DNA of 64,000 bases, from contig CM022678.1 of NCBI GenBank assembly GCA_012295275.1, positions 11,532,001 to 11,596,000 on the forward strand, written 5' to 3'. The position numbers were made by a program, and so were the translations under genes. Position 1 is the first letter of the stretch. Every line of letters begins with the position of its first letter. This DNA is from Chrysomallon squamiferum. Taxonomy: Eukaryota > Animalia > Mollusca. The notes beneath the pieces were generated by a model that was not told the origin of the DNA, ran no database searches, and saw only the letters and a program-made list of their open reading frames with translations. This document shows positions 61,987 to 64,000 of the stretch, in pieces.

Positions 61987-62476
61987 TAACAAAAAAAAAA
62001 AATAAAGAAACGAAAAACAAATTATTTGATTGTGTAAAGAGTTTGATTAGATTATATAGCTGCACAGATTCAGTTATTTCTAAACAAAACACAAAACACG
62101 TGTTACATCACATGACTTTTTACTCACTTCATCACGTGACAAACCATGGAATGAATGTTCATTTTCTGATTAACAAGAAATAAAATAAAAATAATATTAT
62201 TATTATTATTATTATTTTTAAAAATCTGCGTATTAAAGCATGAAACATTTTGACAAAGTGACTGCACATTCTGACTACTGGGTCTGAGTATACACGTGCA
62301 GCATGGCGTTACCTTCTCGAGTGATATAACACACACACGTGCTCACACACACAGATATCATGTCCAGGTTTTCATTAATTATGCTAGTGTTCGATAATGT
62401 AAATAGTAATCGAATTTTGATCAATTTATCTGTACATTGCTTATATTATCACAGTCGTTCTGAAATGATAAGAAGT

Positions 62477-62525
<49 letters not shown>

Positions 62526-62539
62526 CATACTCTCTTTCC

Positions 62540-62627
<88 letters not shown>

Positions 62628-62870
62628 GTCAATTTCATACTCTTTCCGTTTCCCTCTCTCTCTCTCTCTCTCTCTCACGAATTCAAATATATATATATAT
62701 ATTTATTTATTTATATACGTACGTACATACATACATACATACACATAAATATATACCAAATATAATTAAAAACATTCATCAAAGTATGGCGAGTATAATA
62801 GCAATTTTAAAAGTTCCTGCTCGTACACGAATTTCACTCCAGCACACGTGTGTTGTTGTCGTTGCTGCTG

Positions 62871-63826
62871 CTAACTAATCCCAACCCAGTGGGGATAGTA
62901 AAAAGTAGTTCTATAATCTTTTGTAAACTTCTTCTGAAGATCCGTCCCGTTTTTGAACGGCTTTTCGTAATACACAACAATTCCTTTGATGTTCCAGCCG
63001 ATCCACCAGCCGAACGTGCCCACTGTCATGATGAGGTGGTCACATGACGCCAGCAAAGAGAAATCGATATTCCGCGACCTTCCGATCATGAATACAGTAT
63101 TAGGATCATCCAGGACTTCCCGCGTCCACTGCATGTCATTCGAACACACTATATAAACTATAGTCCCGTTAACCTTTGACCTGATGTACTCCATCGCTCG
63201 TTTCAGGTAACCCGCGTCGGGCGCCTGGTAGCCGAACTTTATGAGATATTCCTTTTTCAAGATGTCTCCCCTTCTGATGTGTATTCCCACCAGAGAAACG
63301 TTATGACGTGCGTATCCCAGCTGGCTTAGCGCGCTCGCCATCAGTTCGTTGCTTTCCGTCATCACCTCGTCCTTAATCGTGAAATAGTTCCTAAGAATGT
63401 GCTCGTCCTCTTTCCAGTACATCCACGACTGAAAGTATCCCTCGAATAAAATGTCCGACCGATTGAATTTGAGGATATTTTCATCGAACCCGCAGTCGAA
63501 CTCGGACGACTTGGGCTGCAGCTTCCTGCACGCGCGGTTCCCTCTCGAGTGAGGCTCGCAGTCAGGAATGTAAAATATTTCTTTCAACGTCTTGACGTCA
63601 TCATGCGTGCAGAACATCGTCATATTGTTGGCTTTTGAAACTGCGTACGCAAACGCATACTGGAACAACAAGTTGCCAAGCCCTCCTTGGAATTTCATGC
63701 ACAGAAATCGCAGACTGTTTTCTCGAATAATTTCTTCAATGATGCTGCGGAAATACTGCGTCACGGCGGATATGACGCCACTGTTGTAGACTATGAGGAT
63801 AACGAGAGTGACCGGAAAAACACGAA
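62871..63826 (-). CDS. Galactoside alpha-1,2-fucosyltransferase-like (CAZy GT11, FUT1/FUT2-like); main coding exon, start exon probably beyond the window
   Basis: Motifs GGLGNLLFQYA, GYFQSWMYW, VGIHIRRGD (HxRRxD GDP-fucose binding), IVCSNDMQW, DFSLLASCDHLIMTVGTFGWW and YYPHWVGI. N-terminal hydrophobic segment VFPVTLVILIVY. Acceptor TCTCTCGTTTCAG ends at 63827, so the TTG start in the ORF track is probably intronic. Confidence 0.93.
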
Positions 63827-64000
63827 CTGAAACGAGAGACAATCAGAGGTTTATGAAATAGCAGGACAATACAAATATATAGAAAACAACATTTTTTTTT
63901 TTTCTTCTGGGGTTTTATTATCATTATTTTATTTTATTTAACAAAGAGCCGAATTGTTTTCCTTAATTTTTATCCCTAAGGCAGGAAATGATTTAGCGAA

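Noticed and set aside
63827-63842. TTG start codon for the fucosyltransferase
   Set aside because: It lies in the polypyrimidine tract of a splice acceptor; the true ATG is probably in an upstream exon.

Overview
AT-rich, microsatellite-dense, intron-containing animal DNA, most likely a lophotrochozoan such as a mollusc (inferred from gene content and repeat style). Most of the ORF track is low-complexity noise. Splicing exons by hand gives five protein-coding genes. (1) A plus-strand gene encoding only a Cys-loop receptor ligand-binding domain (AChBP-like; exons 7267-7480, 8088-8188, 11389-11833). It has lost the acetylcholine aromatic box and ends in one hydrophobic, GPI-signal-like tail. 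(2) KICS2/C12orf66 (minus, 10 coding exons), with a probable U12 minor intron and an apparent 1-nt frameshift. (3) An RNF19/Dorfin RBR E3 ligase (minus) whose RING2 exon is garbled in this sequence. (4) A short, N-terminally anchored glucosidase II beta (PRKCSH)-like gene without HDEL (plus), with six in-frame tandem splice acceptors. (5) A GT11 alpha-1,2-fucosyltransferase (minus, 5' end probably outside the window). The window also holds two tRNA-Arg(ACG) genes, a decayed Penelope-like RT fragment, a tandemly duplicated promoter/exon-like unit at 15-19 kb, several minisatellites, and repeated tandem copies of exon boundaries. All homology calls come from recalled family motifs; no database searches were run.
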